64,000 bases of DNA, from NCBI GenBank assembly GCA_000092065.1, contig CP000592.1. One strand, 5' to 3'. The translations under genes were made by a program, and so were the position numbers. The notes beneath the pieces are model-generated. The model made no database searches. It was given only the letters and a program-made list of their open reading frames with translations, and was not told the DNA's origin. This stretch comes from Ostreococcus lucimarinus (taxonomy: Eukaryota). This document shows positions 10,911 to 20,467 of the stretch, piece after piece. Every line of letters starts with the position of its first letter. Positions within the stretch are counted from its first letter, which is position 1.

Positions 10911-13900
10911 ATGACGGCGGTGAAGCGCGCGAACAGATGCGCGACCGTCGCGTTCAGGTGCGCGCGATCACCGATGCGGCGACCGCGGCGCGCGCGCGAC
11001 GCGCGACGCGTACACGCGCGCGCGAATCTTGAATGCGATTGTCCCGCGGGACGACGCGAAAAGTGACGAGGCGCGCGCGAGGCGCGCGCGAGCGCGCGAA
11101 AATCGCGGTCGAGACTGACGAACGCGCGCGTGCGCGCGCTTCACAGCCCGGATGCGCCGTTTCTGGCGACGGGGACGATGGCGGGGGCGATCGATTTGTC
11201 GTTTAGCACGACGGCGTGTTTGGAAATCTTCTCGACGGACTACGCGGATGGGGAGTTTGAGATGCCGACGCGCGGGAAGGCGGTGCCGTCGACGGAGAGG
11301 TTTCATAGGTTGGTGTGGGGGAGGGGCGCGGCGTCGGAGGAGACGCGGCTGGGGTTGATTGCCGGGGGGTTGGTGGACGGCACGGTGAACGTGTACAATC
11401 CGGCGAAGATCGTGGACGGCGCCCAGAGCGGGGCGATAATCACAAAGTTGGCCAAGCATCAGGGTGCGGTGAGGGGCTTGGACTTTAACACGTTCTCACC
11501 CAACCTGCTCGCGAGCGGGGCGGAGGATGGGGAGCTTTGTATTTGGGATTTGGCAAATCCGAACAAGCCGTCGTTGTATCCCGCGCTCAAGTCTACCTCG
11601 GGCGGCCCGAGCGCCGGGGAGGTTTCGTATTTGGCGTGGAATCATAAAGTGCAGCACATTTTGGCGTCTTCTTCGCTCAACGGTACCACGGTGGTTTGGG
11701 ATTTGAAGCGTCAGCGTCCGGTGATTTCGTTCACCGATCCGAATTCCCGCCGGCGGTGCTCGGCGTTGCAGTGGAACCCAGAGGTGGCGACCCAGCTTAT
11801 CGTCGCGAGCGACGACGATCGCTCGTGCTCGCTTCAGGTGTGGGATTTGCGGAACTCTATCTCTCCTGCGCGCGAATTCGTCGCCCATTCCAAAGGCGTG
11901 CTCGCCATGGCCTGGAACTTGCAAGATCCGTCCCTGCTGCTCACGTGCGGCAAGGACAACAGGACGCTTTGCTGGGACACCGAGGCCGGTGAGGTCATTT
12001 CCGAGCTTCCCGCGAGCGCGAACTGGAATTTCGACGTTCAATGGAGCAAGACGACGCCCGGCATCTTGTCCACATCTTCGTTCGACGGCAAGATCACCTT
12101 GCACAACTTGCAAAAGGCGGGGGCGACGGCGCAAGGTTCAGCGGACGCTCACGGCGTGAGCTCGGACTTTTCCGAACTCGCCCACCAGCAAAGCGCCGGT
12201 CCAACGATGCCGATGAAACGCGCACCGAACTGGTTGAAACGTCCTTGCGGGGCCACTTTCGGATTCGGTGGTAAGCTCGTGGCGCACGGAGCCACGCTCC
12301 AGGGTGCCCCGGCGACGCCGGGCGCCGTGACCGTGATTTCCGTCAAGAGCGAGACGACGGATGGTTTGGTGGTGAAAGAAAACAGCTCCGAGTTTGAAGA
12401 CGCCGTGAAGGGAGGAGACACGGAGGCGCTGATTAAATTTTGCGAGGCGAAGAAACGCATGGCCAAGGGTGAAGAGCACGAAGCTTGGACGTTTATGAGT
12501 ATCTTATTCACCGAGGACGCCAGGCGAGAAATGTTACGCCACCTCGAGTTTGGTGACGCCTTGGAGGCGCGCGAGAAGTCCCTCGCGGCCTTGTCGATTA
12601 AGGATACTGATGATTCGCAAGCCGATGCGTCGACGCCGGTGAGTACACCGACGTCGCCAGCGCTGCCTCCGGTCGAGGACTCTGACGCATTCTTCGACAA
12701 CCTTGGAGACGCGGCGCAACCTACGTCGCCGAAGCACATTCCGTCGCCGAAAAAACCGGCGCCGAAAAAACCGGCGCCGGTGGTTTCAAAGGCTCCACCG
12801 CCGACGGCTGCTGATTTTGAGATTCAACGCGCTTTGATTGTAGGCGATTACAAAGCCGCCGTGGACGCGTGCAAGCGCGCCGAGCGCTACGCCGACGCCC
12901 TCATCCTCGCCGCGGCTGGTGGTCCGGAACTATGGGCTGAAACCCAAGCTGCGCACATTGCGCGAGTTCCGCGCCCGTACATGCAAGTGGCCGCGGCGGT
13001 GGTCGGAAAGAACTTGTCGAATCTCGTCAAGGCGCGGCCGGTGTCGGCTTGGCGTGAGACGCTGGCGTTGTTGTGCACGTACGCCCCTGGTGATGAATGG
13101 GGTCCATTAGCGGAAGTTCTCGCCGAGGGATTGGCAAAGAGCGGAGATCATAAGTCTGCGATGCTGTGCTACGTTTGTGCGGGTAATGTGGATGCGGCTA
13201 TCAAGTACTGGCTGTCTTCACTGCCGTCGAGAAACTTTAGTCCAAAGGATTTGTACAGTGTAGTCGAGAAGGCTGTGATGATGACTCGCGCGGCGGGACA
13301 ATCGGAAGCTACGCAAGGTTTCACGAGTTTGATTACGAATTACGCGGAAATGTTGTCTTCCCAAGGTGATCTGGACAGCGCGTTAGATTACTTGGGCATG
13401 GTTCCCGGGACCCCGGGTGAAGAAGTAAACGTCTTGCGCAACAGAATTATTCGCAGCAGTATTTCCAACAAGGCGACCACGAGTGCGCCAGTCGTCGCGT
13501 CTCCGGTCTCTGCGTCGGTGGTACAGCCGTCGTATGGCGCTCCATCCACGATGTCTGCGTACCAGGCCTCGCCACCTCCGGCACAGCCATCGTCTTATGG
13601 ATCCCAAGCCGCGTACGGCGTCCCGCCGTCGATGACTTCGGCGTACAGCACCCCGGCGCCTCCGCCTCCGCCGACGACTTTCACGCCTGCGGCTATGGCG
13701 CCACCGCCAGTTTCGCAAGTTCCTCAACGAGCGCCGCAGCAACCGGCGCCGATGATACCGACGATGCCTCCGATCGATATGCAGGGTGGGTACTTTTCGG
13801 GATCATCGCCGACCCCTGCGATGCCCCCCGGGACCGCAGCGCCCCGGCCGCCGCCACAACAGGCAGCTCCCACGGGACCGCCGCCGAGACAGACCGCGTA

Positions 13901-14864
13901 CGACAGTGCGCCTGTTGAGAGCGCGTACGCCACCCCTAGTGGATACGGGGGAGGTATGAGTCAGCCAGCGCAACCGTCTGTGCCTCCGTCGATGACCGCG
14001 GCGTACAACGTCGCCGCTCAAGTCGCCGCGGGCAACATGGGCGCCCCCGCAGCACCCCCGATCGGCGGTGGTTACGGTGCGCCTCCGGCGCCGATGGCTC
14101 CGCAGCATCACCAAGCGCCACCACCAATGCCCGGAATGATGGTTCCGACTCCCATGATGCCGCAACAACAGCAGCAAATGGGCGGGCCGCCGCAACAACA
14201 GCCCTCGCGCGCACCGCCGCCGCCGCCTTCGTCCGTCGCCCCCGCTGCCTCGTTCAACCCTGCGCCCGCAACGCCGCCGCCGATCATTCCGCAACGCGTC
14301 GAGCAACCGGCGTACGGTGCGAATGCGCCTACACCGCCACCTTCGGCGCAGGCGTACGGCGCGCCGCAGCACCAGCAGCAGAGCTTCCAGCCCGGCCCGC
14401 CGCAACCGTCAACCTTTGCGCCGGCTCCGCCGCCGATGCAGCAGCAGCCGGCCGCAGCACCACCACCGCCACCTGCGGCGCCGGCAAAGCCGCAACCACC
14501 GGCGAACTGCTCCGTGGAAACCGTCGACACGAGCAAGATTTCACCCGACCTCGCGCCCGTCGCGCAGTCGCTTCGCTCGCTCTACGACGCGTGCGCCGCC
14601 GCCGCCGCCGCCCATCCAGCGAAGCGTAAAGAGATGGACGACAGCTCCAGACGACTCGGTGTTCTCCTCTGGAAGCTCAACGCCGCCGAGGTGTCCCCAT
14701 CCGTCGTCGCCAAGCTCAAATCTCTCGCCGAGGCGCTCGACACGGCGAATTTCACCGCCGCGCACGGCGTCCAAATGGCCCTCACCACCGGCGATTGGGA
14801 CGAGTGCAGCGCCTGGCTCACCGCGTTAAAGCGTCTCACGAAATTTCGATCCACGTTTCCATAG
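10911..14864 (+). CDS. SEC31: COPII coat subunit Sec31; join(10911..10957,11147..14864)
   Basis: The main ORF has the WD40 beta-propeller closely matching SEC31A (LATGT..LEIF..LIAGG..NVYNP..AKHQGAVRGLDFN..ASGAEDGELCIWDL..), then a long Pro/Ala/Gln-rich region and a conserved C-terminal helical domain. The conserved N-terminal M-x-VKRA..ATVAF|SP is encoded by a 47-nt micro-exon at ATG 10911. A 189-nt intron joins it: donor CAG|GTGCGCGCGA, ACTGAC branch point, acceptor CACAG at 11145-11146. Confidence 0.85.
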
Positions 14865-15001
14865 AGTTATGACCGTTTGAATGACAAATTAGCGCACTTT
14901 CTTTCGAAATCGACTCGTCGGCGTTCCCTCTCGCCGGCCCGCCTCGACGCGCCCTGCAGATCGTCTCGCCGCCACACGTCCGCGCGCGCCCCTCGACCTC
15001 G

Positions 15002-15850
15002 ATGACGGCCGCAGATGATGACATAGACGAGGACGCGTTGCTCTACGGCGATGTCGGTGCGTGCGCGACGCGAGCGACGACGCCCACGCGGCGCGCGCGC
15101 CGACACACAATTCTCCCGCTTAAACTTTCCCGCGCGCTCGACGCGCGCACCGCGCGAAAGACCCGACGCGGGGCGACTGACGACGACGTACGCATTTCGC
15201 ACGACCCAGACGACGACGCGCCGGTTCGATCGACGACGACGGCGACGACGGCGCGCGCGGCGGCGGCGCCGGTCAAGGCGGCCGCGGCGCCGCCGCGCAC
15301 GTCTTCTCCGAACGTCCCGGACGACGGCCGCCCGACCGCGGTCTACGTCGCCTCTCTCACGTGGTGGACCACGGACGCGGAGCTGGAGGCGATTCTCGGC
15401 GAGTTTGGCCGAGTGAAGTCGCTGACGTTTTTCGCGGACAAGGCAACCGGGAAGAGCAAAGGGTGCTGCGCGGTGGAGTTCGCGACGGCGGATGCGGCGG
15501 CGCAGTGCAAGGAGAATCTGCACGGAAAGGAGATAAATGGAAAGTCGTGCGTGGTGACGTTCGCGGAAATTCCAAAAGTGCAACCGGCGGCGGCGTCGCT
15601 CGGGCGGAACGATCCTTTGCCGCCGCCGCCGGACACGGCGTGGAAGGGGCCGATTCCGCCGGATAAGCCCGGATACGGCGGCGTTCCGTATCCAGCGCCG
15701 GTGCGTCCGCCGCCGCCGATGCACCCGCAACAGATGATGATGATGCAGCAACAGATGCGCGGCGCGCCCCCGGGAGCGCGAGCGCAGACGGGCGCGGGCG
15801 TCGGCCCGCCGCCCCCGCCGCCGCCAATCAAACGAGCGAGACAGGAATAG
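15002..15850 (+). CDS. RRM protein, CFIm68/CPSF6-like (possibly incomplete at 3' end)
   Basis: The RRM VYVASLTWWTTDAELEAILGEFG..FFADKATGKSKGCCAVEF matches the CPSF6/7 RRM (LYIGNLTWWTTDEDL..FFENRANGQSKGFALV). A Pro-rich tail follows. No RS domain is seen, so further 3' exons are possible. Confidence 0.65.
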   Translation: MTAADDDIDEDALLYGDVGACATRATTPTRRARRHTILPLKLSRALDARTARKTRRGATDDDVRISHDPDDDAPVRSTTTATTARAAAAPVKAAAAPPRTSSPNVPDDGRPTAVYVASLTWWTTDAELEAILGEFGRVKSLTFFADKATGKSKGCCAVEFATADAAAQCKENLHGKEINGKSCVVTFAEIPKVQPAAASLGRNDPLPPPPDTAWKGPIPPDKPGYGGVPYPAPVRPPPPMHPQQMMMMQQQMRGAPPGARAQTGAGVGPPPPPPPIKRARQE

Positions 15851-15983
15851 ACGAACGCGCGACGACGACGGCGCGTTCAGGCGACATCGACGACGTGTAA
15901 TACACAACTAGACGGTAGACGACGACGAAACTCCCCGCGCGTCCCGCTCGGTCGAGCGGCACACGCCGAGGCGCGCCCGCGCC

Positions 15984-16991
15984 ATGCCCGACCCACCCCC
16001 CTCGCCTCCCGACGACGCCCCGGCGCGTCACGCGTTCAACGCCGACCGCGCCGTCGCGAGCGAGCGCGCTGAAACCGCCCGCGCGACTCCCGCGAGCGAT
16101 GTCCCAGCGTCCACCAGCCGCCTCGTCGGTTTCGCCTCGAGCACCGTCGAGCGCGTCGACGCCGCGTTCAAGGCGTCCACGGTCGGACTGATGACTCGAG
16201 AAGATTTCGTCAAGCGTCAGGACGAGATCGAGGGCGCGATGGCGAGGGAAAAGGCTGAGAAGGAGGAGGAGGCGCGAACGCGGGCCGAGGAGGTCAAGGC
16301 GAAGCGGAAGCGAAAACGGGCGACGAAGACGTCGCATAAATTATCGTTCGGCGACGAGGAATCAGACGAAGTCGCGGAGGGTGAAGAACTAGTCGTAAAT
16401 AAGGGCTTCGGGCTCGGGAAGAACCCGAACGTGAACACAGAATTTCTCCCCGACCGCGCGAGAGAGGAGGAGGAGCTTCGAGAGCGACGAGCGATAGAGG
16501 AGGAATTTCTCACCAAGTCGCGCTTGGAGAGGAACGAACCCGTGATCATCACGTATAGTTATTACGACGGCTCGCGCAGAGCCGGCGGGAAGATCAAATG
16601 CGTCAAAGGCGATACCGTGGAGGCGTTTCTCGGCAAGGTGCGCGCCGAGCTCTTGGCCGACGGCGAGCGCACCGTGCAGCGAGACATGCGTCACTGCGAC
16701 GTCTCCGGGATGATGTACGTCAAAGAAGATTTGATCATGCTCCCAGATTTAACTTTCCACGAGCTCATCACGACCAAGGCGCGCGGGAAATCCGGACCGC
16801 TGTTTCGCTTCGACGTCAAGGACGACGTTCGCCTCCGCGGCGGCGCCAACGTCGAGGTTGAAAATTCCCATCCCGGCAAGGTCATCCTCCGCTCTTGGTA
16901 CGACAAGAACAAGTCCATGTTTCCAGCGAACCGTTGGGAGGTTTTCGAGCGCGGCAAATCGTACGCCGAGGAGGGCTACCGGATCAAGTGA
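15984..16991 (+). CDS. XAP5: XAP5/FAM50 family nuclear protein
   Basis: The protein has a charged coiled N-terminus. Its C-terminus, KVILRSWYDKNKSMFPANRWEVFERGKSY, matches the FAM50A/XAP5 signature (SRSWYEKNKHIFPASRWE). Confidence 0.8.
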   Translation: MPDPPPSPPDDAPARHAFNADRAVASERAETARATPASDVPASTSRLVGFASSTVERVDAAFKASTVGLMTREDFVKRQDEIEGAMAREKAEKEEEARTRAEEVKAKRKRKRATKTSHKLSFGDEESDEVAEGEELVVNKGFGLGKNPNVNTEFLPDRAREEEELRERRAIEEEFLTKSRLERNEPVIITYSYYDGSRRAGGKIKCVKGDTVEAFLGKVRAELLADGERTVQRDMRHCDVSGMMYVKEDLIMLPDLTFHELITTKARGKSGPLFRFDVKDDVRLRGGANVEVENSHPGKVILRSWYDKNKSMFPANRWEVFERGKSYAEEGYRIK

Positions 16992-17124
16992 CTTTTCGTC
17001 CCGGTCGTCCGCACGCCGCGCCTCGCGCGACGGCGCGGTCCCGACACTAGCCCATCGCCCATCGGCGCGTAATTCACCATTCACCTCGTACACGTCTCGC
17101 GCCAACCCCTCCGCGCCTCCTCGA

Positions 17125-18561
17125 ATGGTTCGCGGTAAAGTCCTCGTCGTCGCCGGCTCCGACTCGGGCGGCGGCGCCGGCGTCCAAGCCGACGTCAAGG
17201 CGATCCTCGCCCACGGCGCCTTCGCCACGACCGCCATCACCGCGCTCACCGCTCAAAACACCACGGGCGTGCACGGCGTCCACGCCGCACCGTTGGAGTT
17301 CATCGAGGCGCAGATCGAGGCCGTGGTGACGGATCTACCGCCAGACGCGTGCAAGACGGGGATGCTGGCCAACGCGGCGACGACGCGCGCCGTCGCCGAC
17401 GCGATCGAACGACATCGATTGACCAACGTCGTCGTGGACACGGTGATGCTGGCGAAAGGCGGCGCGAGCCTGCTCGAAGCGGAGGCGCTGGAGGTGATGC
17501 GGGATCGATTGGCGCCGCTCGCGACGGTGATCACGCCAAACGTCCCGGAGGCGGCGGCGCTGCTAAACTTGAGCGAGGAAGAGTTCGTGATGGAGACGAT
17601 GGCGACGCGGGCGAAGGAGTTAGGGAAGTTAGGGTGTCAGTGGGTGTTACTTAAGGGTGGGCACGTCAAGGATGACGCGGAGATGTCGGTGGATTATTTG
17701 TACGAGGCGAACACGGGGAGGACGACGACGTTCTCGAGCGCGAGAATAGATACGAGGCACACTCACGGGACCGGGTGCACGCTCGCGAGCTCGATCGCGG
17801 CGTCGTTGGCGCAAAGGTATGACGTTCCTACGGCGGTGCATCGAGCGAAGAGGTACATCTCGGAGGCGATTCGAACGAGTCCGGGGTACGGCGCGGGACA
17901 CGGGCCGTTGAATCATTTGCCGTTTCACGCCGGCGCGGCGGCGCGTGGAAAGCGGTTCGATCCGCGATGTTTGAAACTTTATCTCGTCAGCAGTGAGGCG
18001 TTGACCATGGATAAGCTTCGACAGGCGCTCGAGGCGGGAGTGACGATTGTGCAGATGCGCGATAAGGATCCCTCGACGAGGGCCTTGATCGAACGCGCCA
18101 AGGCGATGAAGGCGGCGTGCGATGAATACGGCGTCCCGTTCATCGTCAACGATCGTGTCGACGTCGCCATCGCGTGTGACGCCGATGGTGTGCACTTGGG
18201 TCAGTCAGACATGACTTGCGCGGAGGCTCGACAAATTCTTGGTCCGAATAAATGGATCGGAGTGAGCTGTCGAGAGGTGTCTTTGGCGCGCCAAGCAAGC
18301 GCCGACGACGCCGATTACATAGGGTGCGGCGCGTGTTTCGGCACTAATTCCAAGGGTGACGCTAAAGTCATCGGCTTGGATGGTGTCGGGAAAGTTATCG
18401 CGGTAGCTCGCGAGCTTTCCTTACCAGTCGTCGCCATCGGGGGCGTCTCGCTCGAAAACGCCGCGTCTGTTCGAGCGACGGGCGCCGACGGAATAGCCGT
18501 CATTTCCGCCGTCGCCAACGCGGCGGACGTGAAAAAGGCGGTCCATAAGTTGCTGCATTAG
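17125..18561 (+). CDS. TH1: bifunctional hydroxymethylpyrimidine (phosphate) kinase / thiamine-phosphate synthase (ThiD-ThiE fusion, TH1-like)
   Basis: The N-terminal half (KVLVVAGSDSGGGAGVQADVKA..GMLANAATTRAV) is a ThiD/PfkB-type HMP-P kinase. The C-terminal half (VSSEALTMDKL..IVQMRDKD..VNDRVDVAIACDADGVHLGQSD..AIGGVS) is a ThiE TMP synthase. The first ATG in the ORF is at 17125. Confidence 0.9.
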   Translation: MVRGKVLVVAGSDSGGGAGVQADVKAILAHGAFATTAITALTAQNTTGVHGVHAAPLEFIEAQIEAVVTDLPPDACKTGMLANAATTRAVADAIERHRLTNVVVDTVMLAKGGASLLEAEALEVMRDRLAPLATVITPNVPEAAALLNLSEEEFVMETMATRAKELGKLGCQWVLLKGGHVKDDAEMSVDYLYEANTGRTTTFSSARIDTRHTHGTGCTLASSIAASLAQRYDVPTAVHRAKRYISEAIRTSPGYGAGHGPLNHLPFHAGAAARGKRFDPRCLKLYLVSSEALTMDKLRQALEAGVTIVQMRDKDPSTRALIERAKAMKAACDEYGVPFIVNDRVDVAIACDADGVHLGQSDMTCAEARQILGPNKWIGVSCREVSLARQASADDADYIGCGACFGTNSKGDAKVIGLDGVGKVIAVARELSLPVVAIGGVSLENAASVRATGADGIAVISAVANAADVKKAVHKLLH

Positions 18562-18600
18562 TTCAATCCTAACGTGTTAATACTATCATTAGCTAGATGA

Positions 18601-19188
18601 CTACGCGTGCGCGGCGAAGAAGTCACGTTCAAGACGAATCGCCTCGACGTAATTATCGACGGCGCGCTCATCCTCGATTTCTTCGGGTAATAACGACTCT
18701 AAACGACACGCGAGGGATTCCATCTCATCCCCACCGTACGCCTCGAACCATTCGGCGTACGGTGACGTCCGCGGGTCGGGAATTCCGTCTACACCCGCAT
18801 CCGCTCGCGTGAGAAAGTACCGACCGACGTACGCATACAGTCGCATGCACGGAATCATCCCGGCGACCAACTCGAGCGAAGATTTCCCGTGCAAAGACTC
18901 CAGAAACTCCACGTACGCCCGGCTCGCGGCGTGCACCTCGACGGCGTCCACGTCCACGCCCCACTTTTCACACGCCGCGGAGTGTAACTTCAGCTCGTCG
19001 AGCACGCCGCCGATGAGTTCGTGAAAGACTCTCTGCTCGTCGACGTCCGCGGCCAGGCGAAGCGCCTGCGCGTACGCTCGATTGAAATGAAACAAGAAGT
19101 ACGCGTCTTGCGACAGATAGCGAAGATACTTCTCGCGAGGGAGCTCCCCGGTGGCCATCTGATGCACGAACGACCCGCTGGCGGTCAT
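18601..19188 (-). CDS. tenA: TenA/thiaminase-II family protein (aminopyrimidine salvage); N-terminus may lie in an upstream exon
   Basis: The ORF (GELPREKYLRYLSQDAYFLFHFNRAYAQALRLAADV..) has the TenA/PqqC-like helical pattern. The frame upstream of ATG 19188 still encodes TenA-like residues (ALWSRPDVAKYVAE) but has no ATG before a stop. It is convergent with TH1, with only about 39 nt between stop codons. Confidence 0.75.
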   Translation of the reverse strand: MTASGSFVHQMATGELPREKYLRYLSQDAYFLFHFNRAYAQALRLAADVDEQRVFHELIGGVLDELKLHSAACEKWGVDVDAVEVHAASRAYVEFLESLHGKSSLELVAGMIPCMRLYAYVGRYFLTRADAGVDGIPDPRTSPYAEWFEAYGGDEMESLACRLESLLPEEIEDERAVDNYVEAIRLERDFFAAHA

Positions 19189-19930
19189 CTCCGCGACGTA
19201 TTTCGCGACGTCGGGGCGACTCCACAGCGCTCGCGCCGAATCGGGCCGAGCGGGCGTCTGCGAGCGACAACCACGTCACCGAAACCCGTCAGTCGTCTCG
19301 CAAACGCGCGCGAAACCGATAAAAACGCCTCGCGCGAGCATTCCACGACGCGCGCGTCGACCGACGACCGTCGCGCCGCGTCTGTCTCCGCGCCGCCGCC
19401 GTCGCCGCGTCGCGCCGCCGCGCGCGCGCGCGCGCGTCGCGCCACCGCCGTCGAGGCCGTCCTCCGTCCGCCCGACGCGCGACGCCCGAACGTCAAAAAC
19501 CACGATCGCCACCCATCGCCGCGTCGTCGCGTCGTTGAGAACGCCCCCGCGCGACGCGCGCCGCCTCCGAGCGTCCCGCGCGCCGCCCGCGCGTCCCCTT
19601 CGTCGCCCGCCCTCGTCGTCGCCGCGCGCGCGCACCTCGCTCGCGGTCGTCGACGGATCCATCGCGCGCGCGTCGTCCGTCGCGCCGCGCGTCGCGCGTC
19701 GCCGCGCGCGCGTCGCGCGTCGTCGCGCGTCGTCGCGTCGTCGTGTGCGCGACGGACGCCGCGCGGGTTCGCCATCGATCGCGCGCGAACCTCGACGCAT
19801 CGATCGATCGCGTCGCTCGAAACGCGTCGAAAGGCGTCGATCGCGCTCGATCGATCGCGTCGATCGCGCCATCGATCGGCATCGATCGCGAGGGCGACGG
19901 CGGGCGTCGATCGCGCCATCGATCGCGCAC

Positions 19931-20134
19931 GCGCAGGCTGGACAAAACGTAATCACGCATTTCGAGCTCATCGGCTTGACGAATGCTGAATACGTAGGAA
20001 ACTCTTTGAGGTATACCACTTAACGCGGATCCAAAGTTGAAACCACTAAAACGGCCCCAAGAGTTTCCTGTGTATTCAACGTTCGTTAAGCCTATGAGCT
20101 TGAAATGCGTGATCGCGTTTTGTCCAGCCTGCGC
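19931..20134. repeat. inverted pair of an ~85-nt dispersed element (copy F 19931..20010 forward, copy G 20058..20134 reverse), spacer about 47 nt
   Basis: GCAGGCTGGACAAAACGTAATCACGCATTTCGAGCTCATCGGCTTGACGAATGCTGAATACGTAGGAAACTCTT recurs as its reverse complement about 50 nt downstream at roughly 85% identity. It shares the GGCTGGACA..CTCATnG..(T/C)(G/A)AATACGTAG(G/A)AAAC cores with the copies at 27178..27500, 43405..43455 and 53978..54055. Confidence 0.7.
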
Positions 20135-20311
20135 TTTCGGCGGCCGCCCGTGGTTTCCGCGGTCGGTGGTCGACCTCGCCTCGAAACCGGCGCCGACGAT
20201 CGGCCGCGCGAAACGAAACCGGGCGATCGATCGATCGACGATCGATGCGCGCGCGGCGCGTCGAACGCGTCCGCACACCGCGCTCGGCGAGTGGCTTCCG
20301 ACGACGCGCGA

Positions 20312-20400
20312 CGGCCGACGGCGCGCGAATCGAGCCTGAGAACACGTAAATCGTTTGAACTTGTATCGGGGTAATACCTGCGTAAGGACTGAGCCGGCGA
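20312..20400 (+). ncRNA. candidate thiamine pyrophosphate (TPP) riboswitch aptamer in the 5' leader of the SSS transporter gene
   Basis: Read directly: CCUGAGAACACGUAAAUCGUUUGAACUUGUAUCGGGGUAAUACCUGCGUAAGGACUGAGCC. It carries the J3-2 CUGAGA, the UUUGAAC(C/U)UG segment, a P5 hairpin CGGG-GUAAUA-CCUG (consensus CUGG-AUAAUG-CCAG) and CGUAAGGA (consensus CGUAGGGA). The changes preserve pairing (CUUG with UAAG; CGGG with CCUG via G-U). The transporter ATG is about 70 nt downstream at 20468. Confidence 0.65.
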
Positions 20401-20467
20401 ACGACGCGCGAGGGGTCGCGCGAACGACGAGGACGCGGGGGTTAGGGCAAATCCCGGAGAAACGACG

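Noticed and set aside
14867-15907. 346-aa minus ORF antisense to the CPSF6-like gene, and similar ORFs 10113..10895 and 9854..10660
   Set aside because: They are antisense or repeat-derived Arg-rich artefacts. The last two are generated by the minisatellite.
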